Assembly (NCBI GenBank): GCA_015064895.1 | Contig: SVRI01000002.1 | Span: forward strand, 84,113-148,112 | From: Oscillospiraceae bacterium | Lineage (GTDB): Bacteria > Bacillota > Clostridia > Oscillospirales > CAG-382 | Direction of reading: 5' to 3' | Length of the DNA: 64,000 nt | Shown here: positions 34,213 through 42,468 of the stretch, piece after piece | Numbering within the stretch: the first letter of the stretch is position 1 | How the letters are laid out: each line of letters begins with the position of its first letter | Position numbers and translations under genes: made by a program | Notes under the pieces: generated by a model | The model's database searches: none | What the model saw: only the letters and a program-made list of their open reading frames with translations | Told to the model about the DNA's origin: nothing

Positions 34213-34241
34213 TTGACTCATTCATGAAACAGTGATATAAT
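34213..34241 (+). promoter_or_regulatory. promoter of SBP paralog 4
   Basis: TTGACT (34213-18), 17 nt, then TATAAT (34236-41). Confidence 0.65.
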
Positions 34242-34265
34242 CTATTACAATAAGGAGGTTTGATT

Positions 34266-36098
34266 ATGAAAAACATTCGCAAACTGACACTTACATTACT
34301 TTTAATCTCACTTATAGTTTCAATTATCGCATGTACTTCTGCAGATACAAAGGAAACAGATCCGGAGGATGCTGTATGGGAAGGCTATGATGATGTTGAG
34401 TTTGTTAAGTTTCTGGGAAACAGCAGTGCAGATGAGGTAGAAGTCACGGTAAAGGAAGGTTGGGGCAAGTCGGATGAGCTTAACGAAGAAGATGACTTAT
34501 CCGAGGATGCAAAGGCTTATACATACACCTATGAGCGTGTTTCGGGCAAAGATATTGTAGAAAAAATCCACTTTTTTATGATTCTTGAAGACAATGAGCT
34601 TACGCCTGCGGGTTGTTACAACGAAACCACCCATGAGGAGCTGGACAAAGGCGACACCGAGGATATACTCGAAGGGCTGATTGACGAATTTGAACTGTAC
34701 AACGAAAAGAAAAGCTCAAGCAACAATAGTAATTATCCCGACAATAACAATGCAGAATCTTTACGTCCCAACAATACAACATATCTTCCTAATTCAGGCT
34801 ATGAAAACTGGCTTGGTCACATTGAACAGGAAAACATGGACGGTTATACGTTCAGAATCCTTTCAAGAAAAGGCATGGTAGATGACCAGTATGTTGAAGA
34901 AGAAACAGGTGACATTGTCAACGATGCTGTCTACAAAAGAAACGAAATTGTAAAGGGTTACTTCAATATTGACATTGTTTCAATCGAAAGCTCCACTGAC
35001 ACAGCTTCCGACGCAATCAACTCAATTCTTGCGGGCGATGACCAGTACGATATCATGTTCCCTCACTCAAGAACAGCATTCCAGTATGCTGTTCAGGATG
35101 CTCTTGTCAATTTCAATGATGTATACACAATCGATACATCAAAAGAATGGTGGTCACAGGATATTGTTGACTCATGTAACGTAAACGGTAACCTTTACGT
35201 ACTTGACGGTGATATCTCAACTCACAGACTTTATTACTGCTTTGCAATGTACTTCAACAAGAGAATATTTGATGAACTCTGTCTTGAATATCCCTATCAG
35301 ATGGCTCTTGACGGCACATGGACATTTGACGAATTCTCAAAGCTTGTAAAGAAGGGTTCAAAGGACCTCAACGGTGACGGTCTTCTCAAGCAGGAAGATG
35401 ACCAGCTCGGCTATTATACAAGAGAATGGTTCGGTGCAATTCAGGTTCTTTATTCAGGTAACCAGAGAATCTACTCAAAGGATGCAAGAGGAATTCCGAG
35501 ACTTTCGCTTAATACACCTAAAACAGTTCAGTTGTTTTCCGACTTCTTTAAACTGACCGATTCCGATGATGTATTCATGCAGATTTCACCCGGAAATCTC
35601 GCAAAGGAAGACTTGTTCCCTGCAGGTCGTGCAATGTTTGCAGACAAGGGTCTCGGCTCTGCTCAATCACTCAGAAGCATGGACGATGAATTCGGTATCC
35701 TTCCCTGGCCTAAGTTCTCTGAAGAAGATGAGTATGAAACGATTGTAAACGGTCATGCAAGCCTTATGGTTATGCCCATCACTGTTCCGGACAAACAAAA
35801 ATCCGGTAAGATTGTAGAAGCACTCTGTGCCATCGGTAACAAGGAAGTTATTCCTGCATTCTACGAAGTATCACTTAAAACAAAATTCTCTAGAGACGCC
35901 GAATCCGAAGCAATGTTTGATATCATAAAAGATTCCATCATCTACGACCTCGGTTACGTTTCGGGAGGTACAATGAACTCTGTTGGTGCTACTCTTGCTC
36001 AGAGAGACAACCACGATTTCTCTCAGTTCTATGCACAGAATGAATCAAAGGCTCAGTCAGACCTTCAGAACTTCTTAAGCTCTTACGGTAAAATGTAA
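34266..36098 (+). CDS. ABC-type extracellular solute-binding lipoprotein, paralog 4, with an extra ~150-aa N-terminal region
   Basis: ATG 34266 (GGAGG 7 nt upstream). MKNIRKLTLTLLLISLIVSIIAC. About 150 aa of acidic, unique sequence and an S/N-rich linker precede the SBP body shared with the other paralogs (from ..YLPNSGYENWLGH). Confidence 0.8.
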   Translation: MKNIRKLTLTLLLISLIVSIIACTSADTKETDPEDAVWEGYDDVEFVKFLGNSSADEVEVTVKEGWGKSDELNEEDDLSEDAKAYTYTYERVSGKDIVEKIHFFMILEDNELTPAGCYNETTHEELDKGDTEDILEGLIDEFELYNEKKSSSNNSNYPDNNNAESLRPNNTTYLPNSGYENWLGHIEQENMDGYTFRILSRKGMVDDQYVEEETGDIVNDAVYKRNEIVKGYFNIDIVSIESSTDTASDAINSILAGDDQYDIMFPHSRTAFQYAVQDALVNFNDVYTIDTSKEWWSQDIVDSCNVNGNLYVLDGDISTHRLYYCFAMYFNKRIFDELCLEYPYQMALDGTWTFDEFSKLVKKGSKDLNGDGLLKQEDDQLGYYTREWFGAIQVLYSGNQRIYSKDARGIPRLSLNTPKTVQLFSDFFKLTDSDDVFMQISPGNLAKEDLFPAGRAMFADKGLGSAQSLRSMDDEFGILPWPKFSEEDEYETIVNGHASLMVMPITVPDKQKSGKIVEALCAIGNKEVIPAFYEVSLKTKFSRDAESEAMFDIIKDSIIYDLGYVSGGTMNSVGATLAQRDNHDFSQFYAQNESKAQSDLQNFLSSYGKM

Positions 36099-36103
36099 TT
36101 TTC

Positions 36104-36132
36104 AAACTCCCCTTTTTTGGGGAGTTTTTCTT
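36104..36132 (+). terminator. Rho-independent terminator after SBP paralog 4
   Basis: aaactcccc-tttttt-ggggagttt followed by ttc tt. Confidence 0.8.
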
Positions 36133-36182
36133 ATTTCAGCAATACCAAACAACTTTCTTAATATTGATGAAACAAAAAATCG

Positions 36183-36211
36183 TTGATATGTTAACAGAAT
36201 TTTGGTATAGT
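36183..36211 (+). promoter_or_regulatory. promoter of SBP paralog 5
   Basis: TTGATA (36183-88), 17 nt, then TATAGT (36206-11). Confidence 0.6.
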
Positions 36212-36250
36212 TATGGTGTATTGCAAGAATTTATTAAGGAGGTACATACC

Positions 36251-37660
36251 TTGAAAATCAAAAGATTGCTTTGTTTTGCTGCCCTGATTCTCTCAGTTGT
36301 TGCTTTCAGTGCATGTAAAAACGAGGATGAAGAAATATCCAAGTACATTCCTAATGCCGGCGATGAATATTGGCTCGGTCACATCCCACAGGAAAACATG
36401 GACGGTTACGAATTCAGAATCCTTTCAAGAAAAGGCATGGTAGATGACCAGTATGTTGAAGAAGAAACAGGTGATATCATCAACGATGCCGTTTTTAAAA
36501 GAAATGAAACAGTAAAGGGTTACTTTAACATTGACATTGTTTCAATTGAAAGCTCCTCCAATACTGCGGATGATGCTATCAGTTCCATCCTTGCAGGTGA
36601 TGACCAGTATGACATCATGCTGCCCCACTCAAGAACAGCATTCCAGTATGCTATTCAGGATGCACTCGTAAACTTCAACGATATCAAAACAATCGATACA
36701 TCAAAAGAATGGTGGTCTCCCGATATTATCGACTCTTGTAACGTAAACGGACATCTTTACGTTCTCGACGGCGATATTTCTACTCACAGACTTTACTACT
36801 GCTTTGCGATGTACTTCAACAAGAGAATCTTTGATGAACTCGGTCTTGAATATCCTTATCAGATGGTTTTGGATAATAACTGGACATTTGACGAATTTTC
36901 AAAGCTCGTAAAGAAGGGTTCAAAGGACCTCAACGGTGACGGTCTTCTCAAGCAGGAGGACGACCAGCTCGGCTATTATACAAGAGAATGGTTCGGTGCA
37001 ATTCAGGTTCTTTATGCAGGTAACCAGAGAATTTACGCAAAGGATGCCGCAGGCATTCCCAGACTTACACTTAACTCTCCTAAGACAGTTCAGGTATTCT
37101 CTGACTTCTTCAAGCTCGCCGACTCCGACGATGTATTCCTTCAGATTTCACCCGGTAAGGTTGCTAAGGAAGACTTGTTCCCTGCAGGTCGTGCAATGTT
37201 CGCCGATAATGACCTTGGTCAGGCTCAGCAGCTCAGAGCCATGGATGACGAATTCGGTATTCTCCCCTGGCCTAAGTTCTCTGCCGATGATAAGTATGAA
37301 ACAGTTGTAAACGGTCATGCAAGCCTTCTTACAATGCCTATCACGGTTCCCGATAAGCAGAAGTCAGGCAAGATTATTGAAGCGCTTTGTGCTCTCGGTA
37401 ATAAGGAAGTTATTCCCGCGTTCTACGAAGTATCTCTTAAGACAAAGTTCTCAAGAGATACAGAATCCGAAAAGATGATTGACATTATCAAGGACTCTAT
37501 CATCTACGACCTCGGTTACGTTTCCGGCGGTACAATGAACTCTGTTGGTGCTACTCTTGCAAATCAAAGCAATCATGACTTTGCTCAGTTCTATGCTCAG
37601 AACGAATCAAAGGCTCAGGTTGACCTTCAGAACTTCTTAAGCTCTTACGGTAAAATGTAA
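36251..37660 (+). CDS. ABC-type extracellular solute-binding lipoprotein, paralog 5
   Basis: ORF 36164..37660 trimmed to TTG 36251 (AAGGAGG 8 nt upstream), which gives MKIKRLLCFAALILSVVAFSAC, matching the N-termini of the other paralogs. The upstream part of the ORF overlaps the promoter. Confidence 0.8.
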   Translation: MKIKRLLCFAALILSVVAFSACKNEDEEISKYIPNAGDEYWLGHIPQENMDGYEFRILSRKGMVDDQYVEEETGDIINDAVFKRNETVKGYFNIDIVSIESSSNTADDAISSILAGDDQYDIMLPHSRTAFQYAIQDALVNFNDIKTIDTSKEWWSPDIIDSCNVNGHLYVLDGDISTHRLYYCFAMYFNKRIFDELGLEYPYQMVLDNNWTFDEFSKLVKKGSKDLNGDGLLKQEDDQLGYYTREWFGAIQVLYAGNQRIYAKDAAGIPRLTLNSPKTVQVFSDFFKLADSDDVFLQISPGKVAKEDLFPAGRAMFADNDLGQAQQLRAMDDEFGILPWPKFSADDKYETVVNGHASLLTMPITVPDKQKSGKIIEALCALGNKEVIPAFYEVSLKTKFSRDTESEKMIDIIKDSIIYDLGYVSGGTMNSVGATLANQSNHDFAQFYAQNESKAQVDLQNFLSSYGKM

Positions 37661-37671
37661 AACATAATATT

Positions 37672-37706
37672 AAAACCTCATGCTTTAATCAGCATGAGGT
37701 TTTTTC
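37672..37706 (+). terminator. Rho-independent terminator after SBP paralog 5
   Basis: acctcatgct (37675-84) pairs with agcatgaggt (37691-700), followed by ttttt. Confidence 0.85.
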
Positions 37707-37716
37707 TGTATAAATT

Positions 37717-38160
37717 AAAACCGAAACTAACGTGTAGTCTCGGTTTTGCCGCGGGGCTTCCCCTTACAAAACACATAGTCTTTTGCCTGAGTTTGTCCGC
37801 TTTCGTTTATGGCGGACAAACGGTACTTCACTCGGGCAATAAAAAAACAAAACCGAAACTAGAGTATAGTCTCGGTTTTGCCGCGGGGCTTCTCCTTACA
37901 AAACACATAGTCTTTTGCCTAAGTTTGTCCGCTTTCGTTTATGGCGGACAAACGGTGATTCACTCGGGCAATAAAAAAATAAACCGAAACTAGAGTATAG
38001 TCTCGGTTTTGCCGTGGGGCTTCCCCTTACAAAACACATAGTCATTTGCCTGAGTTTGTCCGCTTTCGTTTATGGCGGACAAACGGTGCTTCACTCGGGC
38101 AATAAAAAAATAAACCGAAACCAACGTGTAGTCTCGGTTTTGCCGTGGGGCTTCCCCCAC
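37717..38160. repeat. tandem array, 3 full units plus 1 partial unit of 131-132 bp, directly abutting the 3' end of tRNA-Val
   Basis: Unit starts (aaaccgaaac..) at 37718, 37850, 37981 and 38112. Units are near-identical. Each holds an 11-bp hairpin aaaccgaaact/agtctcggttt (on the minus strand this is followed by atttttttatt, which is terminator-like) and a family B hairpin-1 module (tttgtccgc / tttcgtttatg / gcggacaaa at 37792-37820, 37924-52 and 38055-83). Confidence 0.9.
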
Positions 38161-38236
38161 TGGTGGACGATAAGGAACTCGAATCCCTGACCACTCGCAC
38201 GTCAAGCGAGTGCTCTACCAACTGAGCTAATCGTCC
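38161..38236 (-). tRNA. tRNA-Val (anticodon GAC), CCA encoded
   Basis: Manual cloverleaf: acceptor GGACGAT/ATCGTCC; D-arm GCTC-AGTTGGTA-GAGC; anticodon arm CTCGC-TTGACGT-GCGAG (GAC at 34-36); variable loop TGGTC; T-arm AGGGA-TTCGAGT-TCCTT; then A-CCA. Total 76 nt. Confidence 0.9.
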
Positions 38237-38251
38237 GTGTGTTGTAGCGGT

Positions 38252-38280
38252 ATTTTAACATAAAGAGGATGGATTGTCAA
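38252..38280 (-). promoter_or_regulatory. promoter of tRNA-Val
   Basis: On the minus strand: TTGACA (38280-75), 17 nt, then TAAAAT (38257-52), 15 nt upstream of the tRNA 5' end. Confidence 0.7.
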
Positions 38281-38310
38281 GAAGTTTTTTTGCTTGTTTT
38301 CATTTTATTA

Positions 38311-38339
38311 TTGAAATGAAAAAGAAGATATGATAGAAT
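38311..38339 (+). promoter_or_regulatory. candidate promoter of the parvulin/SLH-like gene
   Basis: TTGAAA (38311-16), 17 nt, then TAGAAT (38334-39). A second TATAAT lies at 38354-59. Confidence 0.4.
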
Positions 38340-38376
38340 TAGATAAACTATACTATAATCAATGGGAGTAATATTG

Positions 38377-39906
38377 ATGAAAAAACTTAGATTTTCCGTA
38401 TTTGTCTCAGTATTTTTACTTGTACTTGCTGTTTCGGCAGGTGCTTCGGGCTTTGAAAAGAGCCGTACATATTCCTCTAATTTCAATGATATACAGGAAG
38501 GCAAATGGTTTACCCAAAGTGTAAAGGATGTGTATGAGCTTGCTCTTATGGAAGGTGTTACATCCGACACCTTTGATGCCGACTCTCAGATGAGCGTTGC
38601 TCAGAGTATTACTATTGCCGCACGTCTTCACAGCATTTATAATAACACCGAGATTCCCGAATTTTCGGGCAATACATGGTATATGAAGTATGTGAACTAC
38701 TGTAAAGAAAACGGCATTATAGATGAAAACCAGTTTAATTCATACGGCCGTCCCGTTATGGCCTTTGAAATGGTGCAGCTTTTTGCTTCTGCTCTTCCCG
38801 AAGAATATTTCCCAAAAATCAATGACATCACATATATTCAGGATGTGCGTGAAGATATGAGCTTTGCAGACGATGTTTTTATGTTCTACAGAGCAGGTGT
38901 TCTTAACGGTAATGACAGCTATGGCACATTTCTTCCGATGAGTGAAATTACAAGAAAAAGAGCTGCCGTTCTTTTAGCAAGAACAGTTCTTCCCGAACAA
39001 AGACTCAAATACTCCCTTGAAACAAAACGTGAAACATATACTCTCGATGAAGTTTTTGCAATTGTTGATAAAGAAACCGTAAGGGACACGCTTGATGACG
39101 TTGAGCTTATCAGTGCGGATTCCTACAGCGTATCTGCCGCAGAATACAGATATTATTCCGGTATTTCAAACGGCGATGCCGCAAAAATCGAAGGCTTGGT
39201 AAAATCTTCGGCTGCCAAGATGAATATAATCAGGCAGGTTGTACCTCAGGTGTCGTTTGATGTTCTTTGCGACATTTTAAGCACTTACTACGATGCCAGA
39301 ACCGATAACTACGGCACTTCCTCTTACTTTGACGCATTGGATGCACAGCGTCTCAGCGACAGTTTTTATGCAAAGCTTGTGGCAATAAATGAATTATATT
39401 ACCTTGCCGTAAAGGCAAGTGCAGAATCTGTATCTCAGGATGATGTTTACGACTATGCGTTGGAAAATGATTTTGTTTGCGAAAGGGAAATTTTTATTGC
39501 AAAGTCAACTCCCGATGCATATAAGATTATTCTTCAGGCATACCTCGACCTTGCAAACGGTGCCGATTTTGAAGAGTTGCTTGTCGAAATCGGTCAGGAT
39601 CCAAGCATGAAAACACGTCAGAGCGGTTACTATTTCACCAAAGGCTGGAAAGCAAAGGAAATCGAGAACGCCGTTTACGGTCTAAAGGAAGGCGAAATAA
39701 GCGAAATAGTTACTACACCTTTGGGATATCACATCATCAAAAGACTTCCCATAAAGAAGAATGAACTCTTAGCAAGTCCCGATTATACTCTGATTGCGGC
39801 AAATACTGCAACCGAGCAGTTTAACGAAAAGCTGATTGAGGCACAGAACAGTGTTAATCTCACTTATGTTGAAAACTTTGAAGGACTTTCTGCCATACTG
39901 AGATAA
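38377..39906 (+). CDS. secreted PpiC/parvulin-type peptidyl-prolyl isomerase (PrsA/SurA-like) with N-terminal SLH-like repeats
   Basis: ORF 38362..39906 trimmed to ATG 38377 (GGGAG 8 nt upstream; signal peptide MKKLRFSVFVSVFLLVLAVSAGA with no lipobox). Two SLH-like segments (FNDIQEGKWFTQSV..GVTSDTFDADSQMSVAQSITIAARL; FADDVFMFYRAGVLNGNDSYGTFLPMSEITRKRAAVLLAR). C-terminal parvulin motif GYYFTKGW..YGLKEGEISEIVTTPLGYHIIK. Confidence 0.65.
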   Translation: MKKLRFSVFVSVFLLVLAVSAGASGFEKSRTYSSNFNDIQEGKWFTQSVKDVYELALMEGVTSDTFDADSQMSVAQSITIAARLHSIYNNTEIPEFSGNTWYMKYVNYCKENGIIDENQFNSYGRPVMAFEMVQLFASALPEEYFPKINDITYIQDVREDMSFADDVFMFYRAGVLNGNDSYGTFLPMSEITRKRAAVLLARTVLPEQRLKYSLETKRETYTLDEVFAIVDKETVRDTLDDVELISADSYSVSAAEYRYYSGISNGDAAKIEGLVKSSAAKMNIIRQVVPQVSFDVLCDILSTYYDARTDNYGTSSYFDALDAQRLSDSFYAKLVAINELYYLAVKASAESVSQDDVYDYALENDFVCEREIFIAKSTPDAYKIILQAYLDLANGADFEELLVEIGQDPSMKTRQSGYYFTKGWKAKEIENAVYGLKEGEISEIVTTPLGYHIIKRLPIKKNELLASPDYTLIAANTATEQFNEKLIEAQNSVNLTYVENFEGLSAILR

Positions 39907-39912
39907 AACAAC

Positions 39913-39943
39913 ACGGGGAGAAACTTTTTCTTCCCGTTTTTTT
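39913..39943 (+). terminator. Rho-independent terminator
   Basis: cggggagaa (39914-22) pairs with ttcttcccg (39928-36) including one G-U pair, followed by ttttttt. Confidence 0.75.
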
Positions 39944-40013
39944 GTAAAACGCGGAACTTTTTTGAAAAAACAGCGTCTAACACTATACAAAGACATTCAA
40001 GGAGGTCAAATAT

Positions 40014-42314
40014 ATGAAAAAAATTATCAGTGCTGTACTTGCAGGTTACCTTGTTGTTTCCGCATCGGCAGTAACACAGATGAATGTTGAATCTTATTCA
40101 TATGAAGCCCCCGTTTCTTTGGCACAAGCCGGAGAAGCAACTCCCGAAGCCATGGAGCAAATGATAAAGAAGGTACGCCCTCTTATTGACGTTCCCGAGG
40201 ATTATACCATCTTTGAATGGAATTTCAATGCTGCATCTGTTTACAGTGAAGCTTCCTGGAATTTTTCATGGGCAAACCATGAAAAAGGCGAAATCTATGT
40301 AAGCTGCGATAATCAGGGCAGAATTACAGGGTACCGCACTTATGATTATAATAAAAGCCGTACTCCCATGCTCCCCGAGGCTTCTCCCGAGGACTATAAG
40401 GAAACAGTAAAGGCGTTTGTTGCAAAAACTGCTCCTTATACAAAAGGCTTGGATTTAAGACTCAGCGAAGTCAGTTGCGGCAGTATCTACTCGCCTTGTT
40501 ATACATACTATTTCACAAGATATGAAAACGATATTATCGTTCCCGATGAATATATAACCGTAACATTTGACTATTCCTCTTGTGAGGTCACACGCTTCAG
40601 CTCATATATTTCGGACAGCGTTGTATTCAAACAACCCGAAAACATTATTACAGAGGAAAAAGCCAAGGAAATTTTGAGTGAAAATCAGAAGATGAACCTT
40701 TCTTACAGGCTCAAGACAGAATATGACGATGACGGAAATATTGTTTCGAGAAAAGCGTATCTTGTTTACACACCCGACATCGGTTATATCTCGGTTGATG
40801 CCGAAAGCGGCGAGGTTTACACCGAAAGAAATACCTGGAATACAGTCAAAAGAGCACCGACACTCAACGGCGCACTGATGGACAGCGATTCTGTTTCAAA
40901 AGAAGAAAGTGCCGATGGTGAAGCCGGCGGCGGATATCAGCTTTCAGAAGAAGAGCTGGCACAGCTTGCAGTGCTTGAATCGCTCATAAAAAAGGATGAG
41001 GCAATCAAGATTGTAACCTCCAACGAAAAGCTCTACATTGACCCTGTTGCAAATGTAGTAACTGCCAATCTTGCAAAGAACCGTTACGGTGTGAGACCTT
41101 TGAACGGTGAAGAATCATCCGAAGAATATGTATGGAATATTTATTTTTCCGCACCCGAAACACTCGGCATAGATTACCCTTATTACTATCATTCAATGAG
41201 CGCTGTCGTAGATGCTTCTACAGGTGAAATTTTAAGCTTCCATGCAGAAATACCCGACTATTATTACTATGTAGAAACAGAAAAAGAAGTTCCTTCTCTT
41301 AAATACACCGATACAGAGGCTCAAGGCATTGCATCGGAATTTATCAAGGAAATGCTTCCCGACAAGTACGAAAAGGTACGTTATTCCACAAATTATTATA
41401 ACACCCCCATTCTTTATACAGAAGATGCCGAGGGTAAAAGAATCCCCACATACGGTGTTTCAAGAATGACCTTTGTAAGACAGAACGAAGGCGTTGACTT
41501 TACATATAATAACGTTCAGGTTGGTGTTGAGCTTCTTACAGGTAAAGTTACAAACTATAACTATTCATGGTATGACGATGTTGTATTTGAATCCCCCAAG
41601 GATGCGATAGGTGAAAAGGAAGCTCTTATGTCCCTTTATTCATATGACGGCTTCGGAATAAACTATGAAGTAAATGCACATTATACATACAACGAGTATC
41701 TCACCAAAGAATTTGAAGGCGAATATATCGACTATGACAAGCTCTTTGACACAGCCTTCTACAGCCGTGCAGTATATTCGGCATATAATTTGGGTACAAC
41801 TACAATTAGAGCACTTGACGGTAAAATGATTGACTACAGCGGCGAAGAATATGTCGAAAACGGCAATTTCTATTCCTATGATGACATAAGTTCCCACTGG
41901 GCACAGGAAACAATCATGCGTTTTTCATGGATTGGCATGGGATTTGACGGCGGAAAATTTGAACCGTCTAAGGAAATTTCTTTTGACGATTTTGTAAATC
42001 TCTGCTCCTCCATAGGTCTTTATTCATACGAATTTGAATCCGAAACCACAGATTCCATCACCAGAATGGATGCAGTAAAATATATCATTGACTGCCTCGG
42101 ATACTCAAAAATCGCAGGACTCGAAAATGTATTTATAACAGATTTTGTTGACAATTCGGATTTTCTTGCGGGTGACGTCGGATATGCCGCAATAGCAAGG
42201 GGCTTTGGTCTTATTCAGGGTGACGGCGAAAACTTCAGACCGTATGATATTCTTACAAGAGCAGAGGCTTATACAATTGCCGCAAATGTTGTTGACCTTG
42301 GTATGACAGCATAA
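40014..42314 (+). CDS. large secreted protein with C-terminal SLH-like repeats, function unknown
   Basis: 766 aa. Signal peptide MKKIISAVLAGYLVVSASA. The C-terminus has SHWAQETIMRFSWIGMGFDGGKFEPSKEISFDDFVNL and a second SLH-like segment (GYAAIARGFGLIQGDGENFRPYDILTRAEAYTIAANV). I do not recognise the central region. Confidence 0.55.
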   Translation: MKKIISAVLAGYLVVSASAVTQMNVESYSYEAPVSLAQAGEATPEAMEQMIKKVRPLIDVPEDYTIFEWNFNAASVYSEASWNFSWANHEKGEIYVSCDNQGRITGYRTYDYNKSRTPMLPEASPEDYKETVKAFVAKTAPYTKGLDLRLSEVSCGSIYSPCYTYYFTRYENDIIVPDEYITVTFDYSSCEVTRFSSYISDSVVFKQPENIITEEKAKEILSENQKMNLSYRLKTEYDDDGNIVSRKAYLVYTPDIGYISVDAESGEVYTERNTWNTVKRAPTLNGALMDSDSVSKEESADGEAGGGYQLSEEELAQLAVLESLIKKDEAIKIVTSNEKLYIDPVANVVTANLAKNRYGVRPLNGEESSEEYVWNIYFSAPETLGIDYPYYYHSMSAVVDASTGEILSFHAEIPDYYYYVETEKEVPSLKYTDTEAQGIASEFIKEMLPDKYEKVRYSTNYYNTPILYTEDAEGKRIPTYGVSRMTFVRQNEGVDFTYNNVQVGVELLTGKVTNYNYSWYDDVVFESPKDAIGEKEALMSLYSYDGFGINYEVNAHYTYNEYLTKEFEGEYIDYDKLFDTAFYSRAVYSAYNLGTTTIRALDGKMIDYSGEEYVENGNFYSYDDISSHWAQETIMRFSWIGMGFDGGKFEPSKEISFDDFVNLCSSIGLYSYEFESETTDSITRMDAVKYIIDCLGYSKIAGLENVFITDFVDNSDFLAGDVGYAAIARGFGLIQGDGENFRPYDILTRAEAYTIAANVVDLGMTA

Positions 42315-42334
42315 CAAAAGCCGATAAAGACAGT

Positions 42335-42368
42335 GCCGTATCCGTCATTAGGATACGGCTTTGTTTTA
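42335..42368 (+). terminator. Rho-independent terminator
   Basis: gccgtatcc (42335-43) pairs with ggatacggc (42351-59), followed by tttgtttt. Confidence 0.8.
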
Positions 42369-42468
42369 TATTTTTCACGTAATTATCACATAAAATTCAA
42401 AAAACCATAACGAAATGCGTTTAGAATAGCAACAGAATAAATGATTATTCCCGAAAGGAAGATTAACT

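Noticed and set aside
37694-37993. 99-aa ORF (plus strand) running through the tandem repeats
   Set aside because: It stays open only because the first unit-to-unit period is 132 nt (44 codons), so it repeats the same peptide. The next period is 131 nt, which shifts the frame, and the ORF stops soon after. There is no SD and the start lies inside the terminator T-run of the preceding gene.
37717-38160. Tandem array considered as a CRISPR array
   Set aside because: The whole 131-bp unit is repeated with only a few mismatches. There are no unique spacers, the period is far too long, and no cas genes are present.
37990-38205. 71-aa ORF on the minus strand
   Set aside because: It starts inside the tRNA-Val gene and continues into the repeat array, so it is a by-product of the tRNA and repeats. 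There is no SD.
29535-38236. SBP array as a genomic island integrated at tRNA-Val
   Set aside because: There is no integrase or recombinase gene. I found no direct repeat of the tRNA 3' end at the far (pfkA) boundary, and no obvious compositional shift by eye. tRNA adjacency alone is not enough.
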